From Candidatus Hermodarchaeota archaeon (GTDB lineage Archaea; Asgardarchaeota; Thorarchaeia; Thorarchaeales; Thorarchaeaceae), in NCBI GenBank assembly GCA_048885865.1, contig JBHLLF010000070.1, forward strand, positions 1 to 11,293: a stretch of DNA of 11,293 nucleotides, written 5' to 3'. Shown in pieces: positions 1-8,176 of the stretch. Position numbers and translations under genes: made by a program. The notes beneath the pieces are model-generated. The model saw only the letters and a list, made by a program, of their open reading frames with translations. It searched no databases and was not told the DNA's origin. Position 1 is the stretch's first letter. Each line of letters begins with the position of its first letter.

Positions 1-644
1 TTCATGGCCGCTCGCTGTTTGCCATATCTGATGTTCACATCGGCAAGAACACGCCAGGTTTCTATGTCGTCTGGTGCCAACTTGGTGGCTTTCTCAGCTG
101 ACTTCACTGCCTCTTTTCCTCTCTGCATCATTGAGAGACCTATTGCTCGATGAACAAGAGCCGCCACCTTTTCAGGATCAAGCATCAATGCATGGTCATA
201 GTTGCCGACTGCATCATTAAAGCGACCTTGCTCCAATTTGATGTCACCCATGCGAATCCAGATCGCTGGAACATCAGTGACTGTTTCGCTGAGCTTCTCA
301 TAACATGCAAGCTCTTCCTTGGTTCGCCCCAACGCCCGCATAGCCTTGGCCTTATCAAGGAGGGCCTCCCAATTGTCTGGAGAGAGCCGAAGTGCCTTGT
401 TGAAAGATTCCAATGCACTACTTGCCTTGTCAGGACCTAGAGCCATGAGGACACGACCGCGATTAGTGTATGCCTCTGAGAGATTCGGGTCTAGGCGAAT
501 TGCCTGATTAAAACAACGCAGAGCCTCTCCAAACTCGTTCTTGTTTGCCAAAAGAACTCCCCGGACATTCCAGGCGGATGCATCATCTGGATTCTCCTCA
601 AGATGCTTCTTCACAGCTCTCAGGGTATCATCCACAGATGCCAT
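1..644 (-). CDS. Tetratricopeptide repeat (TPR) protein, 3' end truncated by the window edge
   Basis: Manual translation from the ATG at 644 is open to base 1 (214 codons): MASVDDTLRAVKKHLEENPDDASAWNVRGVLLANKNEFGEALRCFNQAIRLDPNLSEAYTNRGRVLMALG...ALESFNKALRLSPDNWEALLDKAKAM...AIWIRMGDIKLEQGRFNDAVGNYDHALMLDPEK... It contains about 5-6 tandem ~34-aa units with the TPR consensus (W/Y-x2-x-G...A-x3-F/Y-x2-A-x3-x-P). Confidence 0.93.
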   Translation of the reverse strand, partial: MASVDDTLRAVKKHLEENPDDASAWNVRGVLLANKNEFGEALRCFNQAIRLDPNLSEAYTNRGRVLMALGPDKASSALESFNKALRLSPDNWEALLDKAKAMRALGRTKEELACYEKLSETVTDVPAIWIRMGDIKLEQGRFNDAVGNYDHALMLDPEKVAALVHRAIGLSMMQRGKEAVKSAEKATKLAPDDIETWRVLADVNIRYGKQRAAM

Positions 645-668
645 CCAAATCTAGATGATATCACTTGG

Positions 669-675
669 ATTAAAG
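669..675 (-). promoter_or_regulatory. Candidate archaeal TATA box for the TPR gene
   Basis: Minus-strand CTTTAAT lies 25-31 nt upstream of the ATG at 644, the spacing expected for a leaderless or short-leader archaeal transcript. Confidence 0.4.
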
Positions 676-757
676 AAAAAGGTTGACCAGCTAGACTCCT
701 CTGCCGTCACATATAGATACAGGTAGGCAGATTGCAAATCCAATTGGCGGAATATAG

Positions 758-1495
758 ATGATAGAAGGAATTGATGCTGTTATCTTCGACCTAGGAGGGA
801 CCCTCTACAGGACAGAGAGAGACCTTGGAGAGGTCCATAGGCGATTTCTTGCTGACGTAGGTCTGGAAGATATTGCAGCCATGTCTGACTATGAGCTTGA
901 GGGAGCGCAATCCCGCGGCCCCGATGTGTGGCTCGATGATTTCATGCTGAAGAAGCAAGCCGACCTGCATTGGGAACCATCCAGAGAGGATTGGGTGGAG
1001 TATGATAAGCGACTGCTAAAGAGCCTTGGCGCAAAAGGGGATATTGAGAAAATGGCCAATGAGTTTCAATCATTGTGGGACGATTGGCTTCGCCTTGACA
1101 GATACATACCTCTGGATGGCTGTAGGGAAACACTCATGGAACTGAGGAGGAGAGGCTACAAGCTTGGAATGGCGTCAAATCGCTTTGGAGACCCTAGATC
1201 TATCCTCAAGCGTGATAACAATCTCTCCCTCTTTGGGTCTGTTGAGTATACAAATGTGCCGGGATACAAGAAGCCGTCACCATACATGTTGTTCAAGGTG
1301 GCTGACGAACTTGGAGTCAACCCTAGAAGATGCGCGTATGTTGGTAACTATGTGAGATATGATGTCGAGGCTGCAATCAGAGGTGATATGGTACCGATTC
1401 TGATTGTAGAGTGTAACCCTGAGGAGAGAGAGATTGCACCGGCCAATATCACGATTATCGAACATTTACCTGAGCTTCTGGAAATCCTACCATAA
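758..1495 (+). CDS. HAD-superfamily hydrolase (subfamily IA-like)
   Basis: Motif I VIFDLGGTL, motif II MASN, motif III KKPSP and motif IV YVGNYVRYDV are present, with a helical cap insertion between motifs I and II. Confidence 0.9.
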   Translation: MIEGIDAVIFDLGGTLYRTERDLGEVHRRFLADVGLEDIAAMSDYELEGAQSRGPDVWLDDFMLKKQADLHWEPSREDWVEYDKRLLKSLGAKGDIEKMANEFQSLWDDWLRLDRYIPLDGCRETLMELRRRGYKLGMASNRFGDPRSILKRDNNLSLFGSVEYTNVPGYKKPSPYMLFKVADELGVNPRRCAYVGNYVRYDVEAAIRGDMVPILIVECNPEEREIAPANITIIEHLPELLEILP

Positions 1496-1528
1496 TCCTA
1501 AAGACCACCAAGCAATATACCAGGGGTA

Positions 1529-2338
1529 ATGAAGCTTAGACTATGCGGAGCTTTGCTGTCTGTTGCATTGCTTATTCCATTTCTCAGTGCTTCATCCGTT
1601 TCAGCCCAAAGCAATCATAGCCTAGAGTGGGGAGTGGAAGTAGGTGACGAGATAACATATGTTCTGCAGAGAAAACTGCTCGACGAGACATTTGGCTCAT
1701 ATCTCAGCGAGTTCATGCCCTTCATCTCTGAGGTTGATGAAGGCCAAAAGATAACCGCGCGAGTCACATACCTAGATCTTATACCTTCTTTGATTAATGA
1801 GTCTTGGCAGATGCCAGGATCCAATTGCACATTGATTCGTCAAAATGACTCTGAGGTCATCATGGAAGACATGTTTCTGGTAGTTGTGCCTATTGGTGAT
1901 TGGAATTTTTCAAGTGAACTGGATGGATTCGGATTCTTTGGAAGTGTCAATGAATCAGAAGCGCCTAGCAACTTCACGGCTTTTGATGACATTGAACTAG
2001 TAGACACTGATACCAGTTGGGGCACTGTGATTGACACCTCGTTCGTCTTCGGAATATTCCCCATCTCTATCTACATGGAGATGCTCTACGAGAAGGTCAA
2101 TGGCACCTTGACAAACATGCGAATGAGGGTCAATTTTGCTGGAAATGACATGATAGACCTCGTGTTCACTCAATGGTATCCAGGAATAATGCTCATTCTT
2201 CCTCCAGAGCTGCAGCTTCTCACAATTGGCCTCATTTCCACAGGAGTGATAATCATAGTCCTCATAGCCTTCTTCTACAGGCGTCGACGTATGCGAAGGG
2301 CTCTTCCTATTGCACCTTCAGAGGGATATGGTGAGTGA
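1529..2338 (+). CDS. Secreted, C-terminally anchored surface glycoprotein of unknown function
   Basis: N-terminal signal peptide (MKLRLCGALLSVALLIPFLSASSVSA), an acidic ectodomain with 8 N-x-S/T sequons, and a C-terminal TM helix (LLTIGLISTGVIIIVLIAFFY) followed by the stop-transfer sequence RRRRMRR. Confidence 0.85.
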   Translation: MKLRLCGALLSVALLIPFLSASSVSAQSNHSLEWGVEVGDEITYVLQRKLLDETFGSYLSEFMPFISEVDEGQKITARVTYLDLIPSLINESWQMPGSNCTLIRQNDSEVIMEDMFLVVVPIGDWNFSSELDGFGFFGSVNESEAPSNFTAFDDIELVDTDTSWGTVIDTSFVFGIFPISIYMEMLYEKVNGTLTNMRMRVNFAGNDMIDLVFTQWYPGIMLILPPELQLLTIGLISTGVIIIVLIAFFYRRRRMRRALPIAPSEGYGE

Positions 2339-2341
2339 TCT

Positions 2342-2692
2342 ATGAAACCTAAGGATGCCGAGATGCGTCAAATTGAATGCACAAGGGCAATATGCGAGGT
2401 CAGGGTCCAAGTAGGCGAGCGCTTTTTCTACCAGTTTCATAGACATGGCTCTGTGGGTGAGGATGCTGAGTTTGAGATTGATGATGACACGGTCATCTAT
2501 CTGGAGGATACTGAGACCGAGTATGTCAATCCAGAGAATATGAAGAAGCCAGGATGGACCGGAGGCGACGCTGAGAGGGGAAGGTGGATCTTTAGAGCAC
2601 TACGCCCAGGCAAAGCAACACTCACCATTCGGATATTGTTCAGGTTCGAGGTGGAAGAGGAGCGATTGATAGACTTCACAGTAGTCTTCTAA
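2342..2692 (+). CDS. Small beta-rich protein, possibly a divergent chagasin/I42 protease-inhibitor-like fold
   Basis: 116 aa, starting 3 nt after the upstream stop and preceded by SD-like GGTGAG. The pattern V.VGE.F...HGSVG...GWTGG...WIFRALRPGKATLTI resembles the I42 pattern (V..G..F...NPxTGY...GxGG...F.F.A..PG...L). The ORF is solid; the family call is tentative. Confidence 0.6.
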   Translation: MKPKDAEMRQIECTRAICEVRVQVGERFFYQFHRHGSVGEDAEFEIDDDTVIYLEDTETEYVNPENMKKPGWTGGDAERGRWIFRALRPGKATLTIRILFRFEVEEERLIDFTVVF

Positions 2693-3444
2693 TCGATAGA
2701 TTTCCTAGCCCACACATAGGTGTAGCCAGCCGCATAGTCTAACTTCTCACAATTTGCAATTGCTTGCTGGAGGGCTTTGAGACCTTCCTGATAATCGTTC
2801 TCAGGTATCTTGTGTAACATCGAGTAGCCTTTCCGTGAAACTGTGTCCAAATAGTCCTCACCTAGAATAATTGGAGCAAACTTGTATTGATTTGACCAAA
2901 TGGTATCTAATCCTGCTGATTCCATGTGCTTCTCAATCTCAGGGATGTCTGGATATCGTGCTGTATCGATGGCAACAGTTGCAGGAAAGAACCGCGATGT
3001 CATCCGGTCCTCAATCTGCTTATGGGATTGTGTGACTATACACATGAAGCCTCTATCTAGAATCCTCTCCATTTCATGTATAGCTGATACGGCGTCCGGA
3101 AGATGATGCACCACCTCCGTCATGAAAATCATGTCGAACGTATCAGCAGGAAATGGCATTTTGTTGGCTGGGGCATGAACTAGCGAGATGACATCAGACT
3201 TGGATCGGGCTTCTGCAAGCATCCCACCTGATAAATCAAGTCCAACCACCCGAGCGCCAGTAGACTTCTGGAAGAGCAATGTGTTGTTTGCAGTTCCACA
3301 ACCAACATCCAGAACTAATGACTCTGAATCAGGAGAGAACTCTTCAAGAAGATGAAATATCATCTCAGGGTCGCCCATGCGGACCTGATCATATACCTTT
3401 GAAACTGAGTCATAATCGATGCTCTTCTCGCGTCCTCCTTTCAT
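2689..3444 (-). CDS. Class I SAM-dependent methyltransferase (Methyltransf_11/UbiE-like)
   Basis: Motif I VLDVGCGTA, post-I VVGLDLSGGML, and MPFPADTFDMIFMTEVVHHL. Its stop overlaps the convergent gene's stop by 4 nt (CTAA, 2689-2692). Confidence 0.92.
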   Translation of the reverse strand: MKGGREKSIDYDSVSKVYDQVRMGDPEMIFHLLEEFSPDSESLVLDVGCGTANNTLLFQKSTGARVVGLDLSGGMLAEARSKSDVISLVHAPANKMPFPADTFDMIFMTEVVHHLPDAVSAIHEMERILDRGFMCIVTQSHKQIEDRMTSRFFPATVAIDTARYPDIPEIEKHMESAGLDTIWSNQYKFAPIILGEDYLDTVSRKGYSMLHKIPENDYQEGLKALQQAIANCEKLDYAAGYTYVWARKSID

Positions 3445-3503
3445 GGTACAATTGGACTCAAGTCAGTCCACCATTTGAAAACACCGGTCGGATAGCAACA
3501 GGA

Positions 3504-3509
3504 TATATA
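3504..3509 (+). promoter_or_regulatory. Candidate archaeal TATA box for the 3540 gene
   Basis: TATATA lies about 31-36 nt upstream of the GTG at 3540 in a short divergent intergenic region. Confidence 0.45.
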
Positions 3510-3539
3510 CCGAGATTCAACTACTTTTGCCTGTGAACC

Positions 3540-4010
3540 GTGTTGAATGAAAGGGAGCATTTCTTGTTTGAGGACTCTCCTCCATATGACAAATCCCTGA
3601 TTGCTGTTGCCACAATCATGCCCATTGTAATAATGACTCCAATCTTCCTGTTAATGGCATATTCTGAACCTGCATTAACAGCAGCAGCATTGATTCTCAT
3701 TGTGTTGGTACCACTCATTGTCTTAACCATACCCTATGGTTTCGGGGTGCCGGGTTATGTGTCAGTTTCTGAAGCCCGTATAGTAGTGAGGCACGGTAGA
3801 GTGCTTTGTATTAGGATTCCAATTGGTAGTATAATCTCTACTGATCTAAGACCTCCTCCATGGTGGTTCAACCTGTACTATCTGTTTGCCCCTTCGCAGT
3901 GGGTACATGTGAGGAAGAGCACTGGACTCCTGAAGTGGTGGTACATCCCAGCCACATCAGCCGCCAGACTCAAGACAATCCTAGATTCACTCTGGCAGGG
4001 TACTCATTAG
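3540..4010 (+). CDS. Membrane protein with two N-terminal TM helices and a probable prokaryotic PH-like domain
   Basis: Two hydrophobic segments (aa ~21-41 and ~46-66) are followed by a beta-rich pattern VSVSEARIVVRHG..IRIPIGSI...VHVRK...WYIP and a terminal helix. This layout is typical of bacterial PH-like membrane proteins. Confidence 0.7.
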   Translation: MLNEREHFLFEDSPPYDKSLIAVATIMPIVIMTPIFLLMAYSEPALTAAALILIVLVPLIVLTIPYGFGVPGYVSVSEARIVVRHGRVLCIRIPIGSIISTDLRPPPWWFNLYYLFAPSQWVHVRKSTGLLKWWYIPATSAARLKTILDSLWQGTH

Positions 4011-4017
4011 TGTACAT

Positions 4018-4608
4018 CTAGCTGAACAGCTGGCTTAAACACCGATCACAAAGCAGCTCAGAACCACCCTCATCTCTCTGGATTGTTTGGTGACAGTTGG
4101 TGCATACGGGTCTAAAGCAGCGTTCGCATAAAGTAAGATCAGCCATCTTCCTAATGCGACCACAGACAGAGCACATGTTCTTAGTACCTCGACCTCTGTG
4201 TGCGAACAGGGTCCGTACTATCGCAACTGCATCCTCTTGATCTAGACGGCCAGCTTTCACCTCCGCCTGGGCTTTCTCCTCAATCTCATCGTGATTAACG
4301 TCACTCTCAATCTCAGTCCCTATCACATCGCTCATGGCCTCTGCGGATATCTCAGTGCATCTTTCCAGACGCACAGAAGCTACAGGAAAGAGAAGTGAGT
4401 TCTTGACCTTGTCGATCACAACATCTAGAACGGAAACTAGTTCTGCATCCACGAGAGGTTTGAGATGATGCTCCAGAGCTGCTCGTTCCAGTCCCAGCTC
4501 CTCCATGACATCGCCCTTGTTAGCCACTCGTTTAGTGAGAAGATACTCTAGAATTCGGACCCTCGTTGAATTGGAAAGTGCCTTTGAAACAGGCAGAAGA
4601 TCGTTCAT
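4018..4608 (-). CDS. ArsR/SmtB-like winged-HTH transcriptional regulator with a C-terminal 8-Cys zinc finger
   Basis: The N-terminus KALSNSTRVRILEYL...DVMEELGLERAALEHHLKPLVDAELV matches the ArsR signature (ALxxxxRxxIL...HL..L..A.LV). The C-terminus has four CxxC pairs (C146/149, 161/164, 169/172, 187/190). Confidence 0.88.
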   Translation of the reverse strand: MNDLLPVSKALSNSTRVRILEYLLTKRVANKGDVMEELGLERAALEHHLKPLVDAELVSVLDVVIDKVKNSLLFPVASVRLERCTEISAEAMSDVIGTEIESDVNHDEIEEKAQAEVKAGRLDQEDAVAIVRTLFAHRGRGTKNMCSVCGRIRKMADLTLCERCFRPVCTNCHQTIQRDEGGSELLCDRCLSQLFS

Positions 4609-4629
4609 CTTGCTCTGACAGTAAATAGG

Positions 4630-4679
4630 TAAAGACTTCTTTATGTAGTATTGGACCAGAGCAAGGGAAACTTTTCCCT
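4630..4679. promoter_or_regulatory. Two short palindromes, candidate operators between the ArsR-like gene and the ABC operon
   Basis: TAAAGA-CT-TCTTTA (4630-4643) and AGGGAAA-CT-TTTCCCT (4664-4679) are both perfect inverted repeats with a central CT dinucleotide. Confidence 0.4.
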
Positions 4680-4758
4680 ACACTCTGCGAGAGATCGTTT
4701 CGTGTTCATTCATATTAAGAAACGCCCTAATGCATACTGCAAATGGAGTGAAAGAAAG

Positions 4759-5466
4759 GTGACTTCAACAGACAGCCTCGTTGAGATCTCAGACCTTAGA
4801 AAAGAATACAGAATGGGCGAAACCATAGTCCATGCCCTAAGAGGGATTTCGCTAGATGTCGCAGATGGTGAGTTTGTAGCCATTTTGGGCCAATCAGGCT
4901 CCGGCAAGACAACTCTCTTGAACATGATTTCTGCCCTCGATACGCCTACATCAGGGGAGGTTTCTGTTCAGGGATCAGTCATCTCCTCAATGAAGAGAGA
5001 TGAGCGGACCAGATTCAGACGCTCTAGCATCGGACTAGTCTTTCAATTCTATAATTTGTTTCCCACCCTCACCGCACTCGAGAACGTAGAGATTGGCATC
5101 GCCATGGAAATAAAGGACAAACACGAGATGCGCAATAGGGCTAGCAAATATCTCGAGCTAGTCGGTATACCCGACAAGGCAAACAACTATCCATCACAGA
5201 TGAGTGGAGGAGAACAACAGCGAGTAGCAATCGCTAGGGGATTGGCTAAAGAGCCGCCCATACTTGTACTTGACGAACCAACAGGCAACCTTGATGCGGA
5301 AACATCCGAGGTGATTTGGGAACTTCTTCAGACACTCAACAAGCAGACTGGAACCACTGTCATCGCAGTGACTCACCAAACATCAGTGTCAAAGTTGGCT
5401 GACAGGTCGATCTTTCTGCGCTCCGGTTTGATATATGGAGTTTCAGAACGGAATGAGGAGGAATAG
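4759..5466 (+). CDS. ABC transporter ATP-binding protein, LolD/MacB family
   Basis: Walker [11 protein letters not shown]-loop VFQFYNL, signature [13 protein letters not shown], Walker B/D-loop [11 protein letters not shown] and H-switch VTH are all present. The start is placed at the in-frame GTG at 4759 (SD-like GGAGTG at 4745-4750) rather than the TTG at 4651. Confidence 0.95.
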   Translation: MTSTDSLVEISDLRKEYRMGETIVHALRGISLDVADGEFVAILGQSGSGKTTLLNMISALDTPTSGEVSVQGSVISSMKRDERTRFRRSSIGLVFQFYNLFPTLTALENVEIGIAMEIKDKHEMRNRASKYLELVGIPDKANNYPSQMSGGEQQRVAIARGLAKEPPILVLDEPTGNLDAETSEVIWELLQTLNKQTGTTVIAVTHQTSVSKLADRSIFLRSGLIYGVSERNEEE

Positions 5467-5469
5467 ACC

Positions 5470-7854
5470 TTGGCTGGAACTCTCCTGCGGAAGACTAGGA
5501 AAGAGATCTTCAGTCAGAGAGGAAAAGTTGTCAGCAGCATGTTCCTTGTTTTTGTCGCTGTCTTGAGTTATGTCATGTTCTCAGCAATGATGCCAATGAT
5601 GAGGGCCACAATTGACAATACATACGAAACCTATGCTGCACCAGACTTCATGGCAGTTGCCTATTCCGCTCCTCGAGATCATATCAGTGTTATTGGAAAT
5701 ATCGAGGGCGTTGAAGCATTCACAAGTCGCTACCATGTCTTTGGGGATGTCAGTTTCACCGGCACTTCTGAGAACCCAGCAGACCTCTATGGCATTGATC
5801 CAGCAAATCCCCCGGATGTGTTCAGGCTTCTCCTGTCCGAAGGGAATTACCTGAATCCCGCAGACAATCGTTCTGCATTGGTAGAGAAGACATTTGCAGC
5901 GAACAACGGAATCGAACTGGGGTCTGAAATCACAGTGTCAGTGTTTGGGGAGGAACACGAAGTAGAAGTGGTTGGTATAGTGATCTCTTTGGAGCATCTG
6001 TTTCCCCACAGAAATCCAAAGCAACTGATCTACGCCCCTTCACGTGTTTCATTCTCTGCAGTTGCACCGATTTGGATGGACATTTCAGTGCTGCAGGAGC
6101 TGGCCTATGCAGGATATGGCGAGAAGGATGTTGTGAATGAGGTAATCGTTCGTTTCGAGGAAGGCTATGACCATACTGAACTCTCAGAATTGGTTATTGA
6201 GGCTATTAATCCGTATCCAATTGTGACCACTCTGGACATCAGTGATTTGAGAAGCGCTGAACTCACACGTTTTGATGTAGCGGACGAGTTCATCGTTCTC
6301 TTCGCAGGCATCATCTTTGCTGTTGCCGCATTTGTTGTGTTCACCACGGTGAAGAGAATTGTCGAGTTCAACTCTCGACAGATTGGCATCACCAAATCTC
6401 TTGGCTACACAACCTCAGAGGTTCAAAGAGCATACCTTCTCATTTTGGGAGCCTTGGCATTCATAGCAACCATTATAGCTCTACCTCTAGGTGAGCCATC
6501 AGGAAAGGCGATTCTTCAGAGCTTTGCTTCTGTCTATTCATTAGAGATACTGACGGGCACTATGCCACCAATGGTCTTTGTTTGGGCGTTAATCGCAGGA
6601 CCCGGCACTGTGCTTGTTTCTGCATACTTCCCGATTCGCAAAATCTCAAGGTATGAGCCGATAAGGGCCATTCGTGGGTGGATGATGGAGAAAGGATATG
6701 TTGGTGAAACAGCCCTAGAGAAAGTTGGAAAGCGGATTGGAATCCGAGGATATGGTTTCAAGTTTGTAGTTAGAGGGATTTCTCTCAACAAGGTCCGCGC
6801 AGGATTGATGGTCATTGGAATTGCCTTGGCAGCCGCAGTGGCCTCAATGGGCACAATCATGGTTGGGGGATTCAACACTAGCATCGTTGTCTATATGGAT
6901 CAGAATGAGCACTGGGACATGCTTTTGGATTTCAAAGAACCAATGAACTCGACAGAGATTGATGCGCTGATGGCGCAGGTAGACAATATCGACAGCTATG
7001 AGCCATATCTCAAGCTCGGGACGAGGGCGGTTGTGTCTGACAGATCAAGGTTGGTCAGTTTGCTATGTTTAAACACAATGGGGCAGTTACATGATTTCAA
7101 TCTCGAAATAGGCAGGACCATTCAAAATGATGATGAAGCTCTGATTGATGTCTCTGTGGCCAACTCGATTGGAGTTGAAGAAGGAGATGTAGTCAATCTC
7201 ACTGTTGGTAGTTCGACCCAATTGTTCACCGTAGTTGGATTAGTGAGTTCTCCGATGAATGTGCTCTATATCTCTCTTAGTGAGGCATTCGACTTACTCG
7301 GCGCTGAGATGATTAGCGGACTGTTCGTCAAGACCTCCGGAGGAATAGATCCTGATGCAGTCGCCGAAGAGGCATTTGCATTGGATGATGTAGAGAATGC
7401 AATGACGATGGAACAGGCATCAAGTGGCGTCTTAAGCGAAGCTCAGGGACTCGCAGTTGCTTTAGGCATGGCAGCCATCGCAATGCTATTGCTATTTGCT
7501 GTTGTGTGGAATATCGTTTCGATAAGTGTTGGAGAACGAATCCCTGAACTGGCACAGCTTGAGGCTATCGGTTGGTCGAGAAATACACTCACACGGCTTC
7601 TATTCTTGGAGATATCAATAGTGACTCTCGTTGGCGTGATACTGTCCTATCCTGTGAGCTTTGCAATGTCTGGGATGTTCAACGCCTTCATGCAGTCGTA
7701 CATATCCTTCTATGTTCCGTCGTACAATGTCTTGGTGCTCCTAGGAATAGCTGTTCTAACTTTTCTAACGTCTGTTATTGCAACGCTGCCTTCTGTAAGG
7801 CGCCTCAGGCATATTGATGTTGACAGAGTAATCCGTGACCGGCAGTTGACATAA
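5470..7854 (+). CDS. ABC transporter permease, FtsX/MacB type (type VII) with duplicated architecture
   Basis: 794 aa made of two halves, each with TM1, a large extracytoplasmic domain and three further TMs. The coupling-helix motifs RQIGITKSLGY and PELAQLEAIGW are present. The TTG start is 3 nt after the ATPase stop, with GAGGAG upstream. Confidence 0.93.
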   Translation: MAGTLLRKTRKEIFSQRGKVVSSMFLVFVAVLSYVMFSAMMPMMRATIDNTYETYAAPDFMAVAYSAPRDHISVIGNIEGVEAFTSRYHVFGDVSFTGTSENPADLYGIDPANPPDVFRLLLSEGNYLNPADNRSALVEKTFAANNGIELGSEITVSVFGEEHEVEVVGIVISLEHLFPHRNPKQLIYAPSRVSFSAVAPIWMDISVLQELAYAGYGEKDVVNEVIVRFEEGYDHTELSELVIEAINPYPIVTTLDISDLRSAELTRFDVADEFIVLFAGIIFAVAAFVVFTTVKRIVEFNSRQIGITKSLGYTTSEVQRAYLLILGALAFIATIIALPLGEPSGKAILQSFASVYSLEILTGTMPPMVFVWALIAGPGTVLVSAYFPIRKISRYEPIRAIRGWMMEKGYVGETALEKVGKRIGIRGYGFKFVVRGISLNKVRAGLMVIGIALAAAVASMGTIMVGGFNTSIVVYMDQNEHWDMLLDFKEPMNSTEIDALMAQVDNIDSYEPYLKLGTRAVVSDRSRLVSLLCLNTMGQLHDFNLEIGRTIQNDDEALIDVSVANSIGVEEGDVVNLTVGSSTQLFTVVGLVSSPMNVLYISLSEAFDLLGAEMISGLFVKTSGGIDPDAVAEEAFALDDVENAMTMEQASSGVLSEAQGLAVALGMAAIAMLLLFAVVWNIVSISVGERIPELAQLEAIGWSRNTLTRLLFLEISIVTLVGVILSYPVSFAMSGMFNAFMQSYISFYVPSYNVLVLLGIAVLTFLTSVIATLPSVRRLRHIDVDRVIRDRQLT

Positions 7855-7875
7855 CAGACATCCCATTCAAATCTC

Positions 7876-8151
7876 TCAGTTGGTGCCGTAGTGTGCGTTT
7901 ATTCGTTCTCCAGCTCGGGGAATGATAATTGCATATCCAGCTGCGAACCAAATCAGCAAGCCGCCAATAAGAGCCAGATAAAATGGGCTAGTGGGGCTGG
8001 GATCACCCCACAAATCAATCATGATTCCCTGTAGTAGAAGGATGAGGATAAATGGCAATATAAAGACCAACAGCAGAAGGACAATCTTCAGTACATTTCC
8101 TGTTGCCGCACCTCCTTTGAATTTGATTTCGCCGAAATCTTCATCATTCAT
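7876..8151 (-). CDS. Small two-TM membrane protein of unknown function
   Basis: 91 aa with an ATG start and two clear hydrophobic helices (IVLLLLVFILPFILILLL; FYLALIGGLLIWFAAGYAIII). It fills the gap between neighbours without overlap. Confidence 0.75.
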   Translation of the reverse strand: MNDEDFGEIKFKGGAATGNVLKIVLLLLVFILPFILILLLQGIMIDLWGDPSPTSPFYLALIGGLLIWFAAGYAIIIPRAGERINAHYGTN

Positions 8152-8176
8152 TGAATAACACTCTCACACTTCACAT

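Noticed and set aside
150-507. ORFs 150-440 (+), 185-418 (-) and 319-507 (+)
   Set aside because: They are shadow or alternative frames of the minus-strand TPR gene (644 to <1), which has clear repeat motifs.
2689-2692. 4-nt overlap of convergent stop codons
   Set aside because: This is a common feature of compact prokaryotic genomes.
3453-3470. 6-bp inverted repeat TGGACT/AGTCCA upstream of the methyltransferase
   Set aside because: It is too short and occurs once, which is compatible with chance.
4651-4758. 36-codon N-terminal extension of the ABC ATPase from the TTG at 4651
   Set aside because: It does not resemble ABC domains and covers the likely promoter and palindromes. The GTG at 4759 has an SD-like sequence and gives a typical LolD-family length.
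5612-7817. Short ORFs inside the permease gene
   Set aside because: They are antisense or alternative-frame ORFs with no motifs, fully nested in a well-supported CDS.
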